A stretch of DNA of 64,000 nucleotides from Selaginella moellendorffii (Eukaryota > Plantae > Lycopodiophyta), in NCBI RefSeq assembly GCF_000143415.4, contig NW_003314288.1, forward strand, positions 1,674,056 through 1,738,055. The letters are read 5' to 3'. The notes beneath the pieces are model-generated. The model saw only the letters and a program-made list of their open reading frames with translations. It did no database searches and was not told the origin of the DNA. The translations under genes were made by a program, and so were the position numbers. Within the stretch, counting starts at the first letter, position 1, and each line of letters begins with the position of its first letter. This document shows positions 61,484-64,000 of the stretch, piece by piece.

Positions 61484-61766
61484 TCATGGTTTTTCGATCG
61501 TGGTGTTTCTTCCAGACCGGATCTTTGATTCTCCGTTTGGTTTGTCATCTTCCTTTTGTTCTTGCTGGAGTTCGTGGTACCTCACAAGTATGACTAGGAT
61601 TTTTTGCTTCTCCCTCTCATGGTTTTTCGATCGTGGAGTTTCTTCCGGACCGGATCTTTGATTCTCTGTTTGGTTTGTCCCCTTCCGTTTGTTCTTGCTG
61701 GAGTTCGTTTCCGGATGGAATTCGCTGTTGTCACAAGGAATCCATCCCGAGCATGACCAGGATTTT
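61484..61766. repeat. Direct duplication (~130-bp offset) upstream of the RLK start codon
   Basis: CTCATGGTTTTTCGATCGTGG.GTTTCTTCC.GACCGGATCTTTGATTCT occurs at ~61483 and ~61616. Confidence 0.8.
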
Positions 61767-61789
61767 ATGCTTTCCAATTCTCGACAAGT

Positions 61790-64000
61790 ATGTGGTGGAG
61801 AATTCGTTTTCTCGATCTCCTGTTCTTTCTCCTGCTGCTGCTGGCAACTTCGACCCGGGACGAAGGTAACAAAAACTTGTGCATTTTAATCAGCAAGTTG
61901 GAAGTCTTTCGCAGGAGCTTTAGTCGGTGCTATCCCAACTTGTAATAAGAAAAGCGAGCACGCCAAGAGCGAAGGATTCAAAGCTTTAATTTGGCACCAT
62001 ATCCAGCAGCGTGTTGGTGGAATCAAGGCCTTATTAAATTCGCATCCCCGGGTCATGATCACTGTAAGTTCTCCAAGTTCTTCCATCGAGGGACCAGCAA
62101 CATCACCACCACTAAAGCAAACACCATCATCGTCACCACCACCACTACTAGATTCTTCTCCACCATCGCCATCGATTCTTCCTCCAGCACCCAACCTTGT
62201 ACCACCACCTCCAAGTCCACAGCAAACTCTACCACCACCTCCAAGCCAAAGTCTATTATCACCTCCTCCACAATCCTTGGTTACTCCACCTGTGATTTCC
62301 TCGATTCCTGTGAATCTTCCACCATTGCCAGGCGTTTCAGTTCCAGCGGTTCTCCAGACACCACCTCTGTTTTCCAATTCTAATTCAGTTCCATCGCTTC
62401 CGATCTCGATACCGCCGGCGCTGGGTTCTTCGTCTCCTCTATTGCCGCTACCACCTTTGATCGCTCCTCCAACTTTTATGGTGTCACCACCACTTCCTGC
62501 TAATGCATCACCGCCGCCTCCATCGTCCGCTCCTCCTCCTCCTATTGCATCACCGCCGCTTCCATCGGCTCCTCCTCCTACTTTTCTCGTATTACCACCG
62601 ATCTTATCAGCTCCACCCCCAGCATCTACAGTTCCATCTCCGATCTTGTCAGCTCCACCTCCAACAATTTTGCCTTCTCCTCCGCCCCCATTGCCATCAG
62701 CTCCTCCTCTTCTTCCTCCTCCACTATCAACGCCACCTCCATCGTTTGTTCCACCACCTCCGAGTGCTTCAATTCGTCCATCATTGCCGCCACTATCTTC
62801 TGCTGCTCCAGAAGTCCCTCACAACATTTCGTCACCTCCAGCATCGCCACTTTCATCACCACTTCCATCACCACCATCTCCGAGTACTGTCCCTTCTGCT
62901 GCACCACCTTTTCTAACGTCACAACCGCCAGTTTCTTCACCTTCTCTCGAAGACAATGCTCCACCCTCTGTAACGCTCGGTCCTCCGCCTACGACTATAT
63001 CCTCGCCGCCACCATCGCTGTCTCCTCCACCTTTGGTTGCTTCACCATCTCAAGCACCATCCTCTCGTCGCTCACCTCCACCTCCACCTTTCAGAAGCTC
63101 GCCACCTACATCGCCACCATCTCCGCGTTCGCTCCAGCCGCCTTCCTTGCCTCCAGAGGTGGTGTCTCCGCCACCCAAACTCTCGCCAAGTCCGATTCAA
63201 AACTCTTCCGCTACACTACCTTTATCACCTCGTAGTGCTCCACCGAGAAGCCCCACAAGAAAAGCAACGGCCCCGGCTTCTCTTCCATCACTCGCTGTTT
63301 CTCCAGTGGCCAGCAACACTCCGGCTCCAGTTCCATCTCGTCCCACTATTAAAGCTCCATCGCCTGTTACTAAAGCTCCATCGCCTGTTACCAAAGCTCC
63401 ATCTCCTGTCACTAAAGCTCCATCTCCTGTCACTAAAGCTCCATCGCCTGTTCAAAACCGTCCACAGCCTCCTGCACCTCGCAAGGTTCCTGTAGTTTCT
63501 CCAGCATCAGCTCCACAAACACCTATGCCACGACCAGGACCTCCTGCTCGTCTGCCAGGTATCGTGCTCCATTTTGATTCTATGAATGCGTATCAGTGAA
63601 CAAAACTTACAGGTATTGTAGCTCCTCCAACGAAAACTCAGTTAGCTCAGCCTCCAGCAATGGTCTTTCCGTCACCTCCCAACGCAGGTATATTTTTCTT
63701 TCTTTTGCGTGTGTGTGTTTCACGTTCTTTTTATGCAGGCTGCGACAAAGTTTGCTCGGACCCGTCCGTGACAACTCTGCCTGGAACAAAATGCGGGTGC
63801 GTCATTCCTATGAGAGTGGGACTTGCGCTCGAAATTCCCATCTCAAGTTTCCTGTCGCTTGTCTCGGAGCTAGCTATGGAGATTGCGTTTGGAATTTCCA
63901 TGCAGCAGATGCAGGTCCAAATAGCGGCTGCCAACTCTTTCGGCGAGGATTTTTCCCTTACGGAGACCAAAGTTAATCTCGTACCTCTCGGGAACGCGTT
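61790..64000 (+). CDS. Pro-rich receptor-like kinase, ALE2-like extracellular region (partial, runs off the window)
   Basis: Signal peptide MWWRIRFLDLLFFLLLLLATS splices into a ~500-aa Pro/Ser-rich frame, then CDKVCSDP..CGCVIPMRVGL..ELAMEIA..NLVPLG as in ALE2-type RLKs. The kinase domain is not in the window. Confidence 0.75.
63345..63453 (+). repeat. Coding 21-bp tandem repeat (KAPSPVT x~5)
   Basis: ACTAAAGCTCCATC.CCTGT. repeated in frame. Confidence 0.9.

Overview
Plant nuclear DNA. The gene blocks are compact (introns mostly ~50-100 nt, very short intergenic spacers), and a Tcn1-like chromovirus is present. Together these suggest a lycophyte such as Selaginella (inference only). Layout: (1) 1-10.4 kb, a non-coding LTR element followed by decayed inverted copies of its own family; (2) 12-21 kb, PGRL1, a U-box/ARM E3 ligase and a KANADI gene; (3) 21-48 kb, a nested retroelement island with a self-priming Tcn1-like chromovirus, two decayed Ty3/gypsy copies facing each other, a 675-bp TRIM with identical LTRs, a truncated 5S-bearing Cassandra-like LTR and a young 7.8-kb non-coding LTR element; (4) 48-64 kb, an NT-C2 coiled-coil gene, a TraB-like gene head-to-head with a probable plastid protein gene, a GH17-X8 glucanase, tRNA-His and the 5' part of an ALE2-like Pro-rich receptor kinase. 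The most notable signal is a group of non-autonomous LTR elements that seem to rely on structured RNA and Pol III-type motifs rather than proteins. They show a co-varying AGGA hairpin before the PPT, dense hairpin arrays with T-loop and GACG-like loops, tRNA-type box A/B in the TRIM and a 5S internal promoter in the related LTR. All alignments and folds were done by eye, so mismatch counts are approximate.
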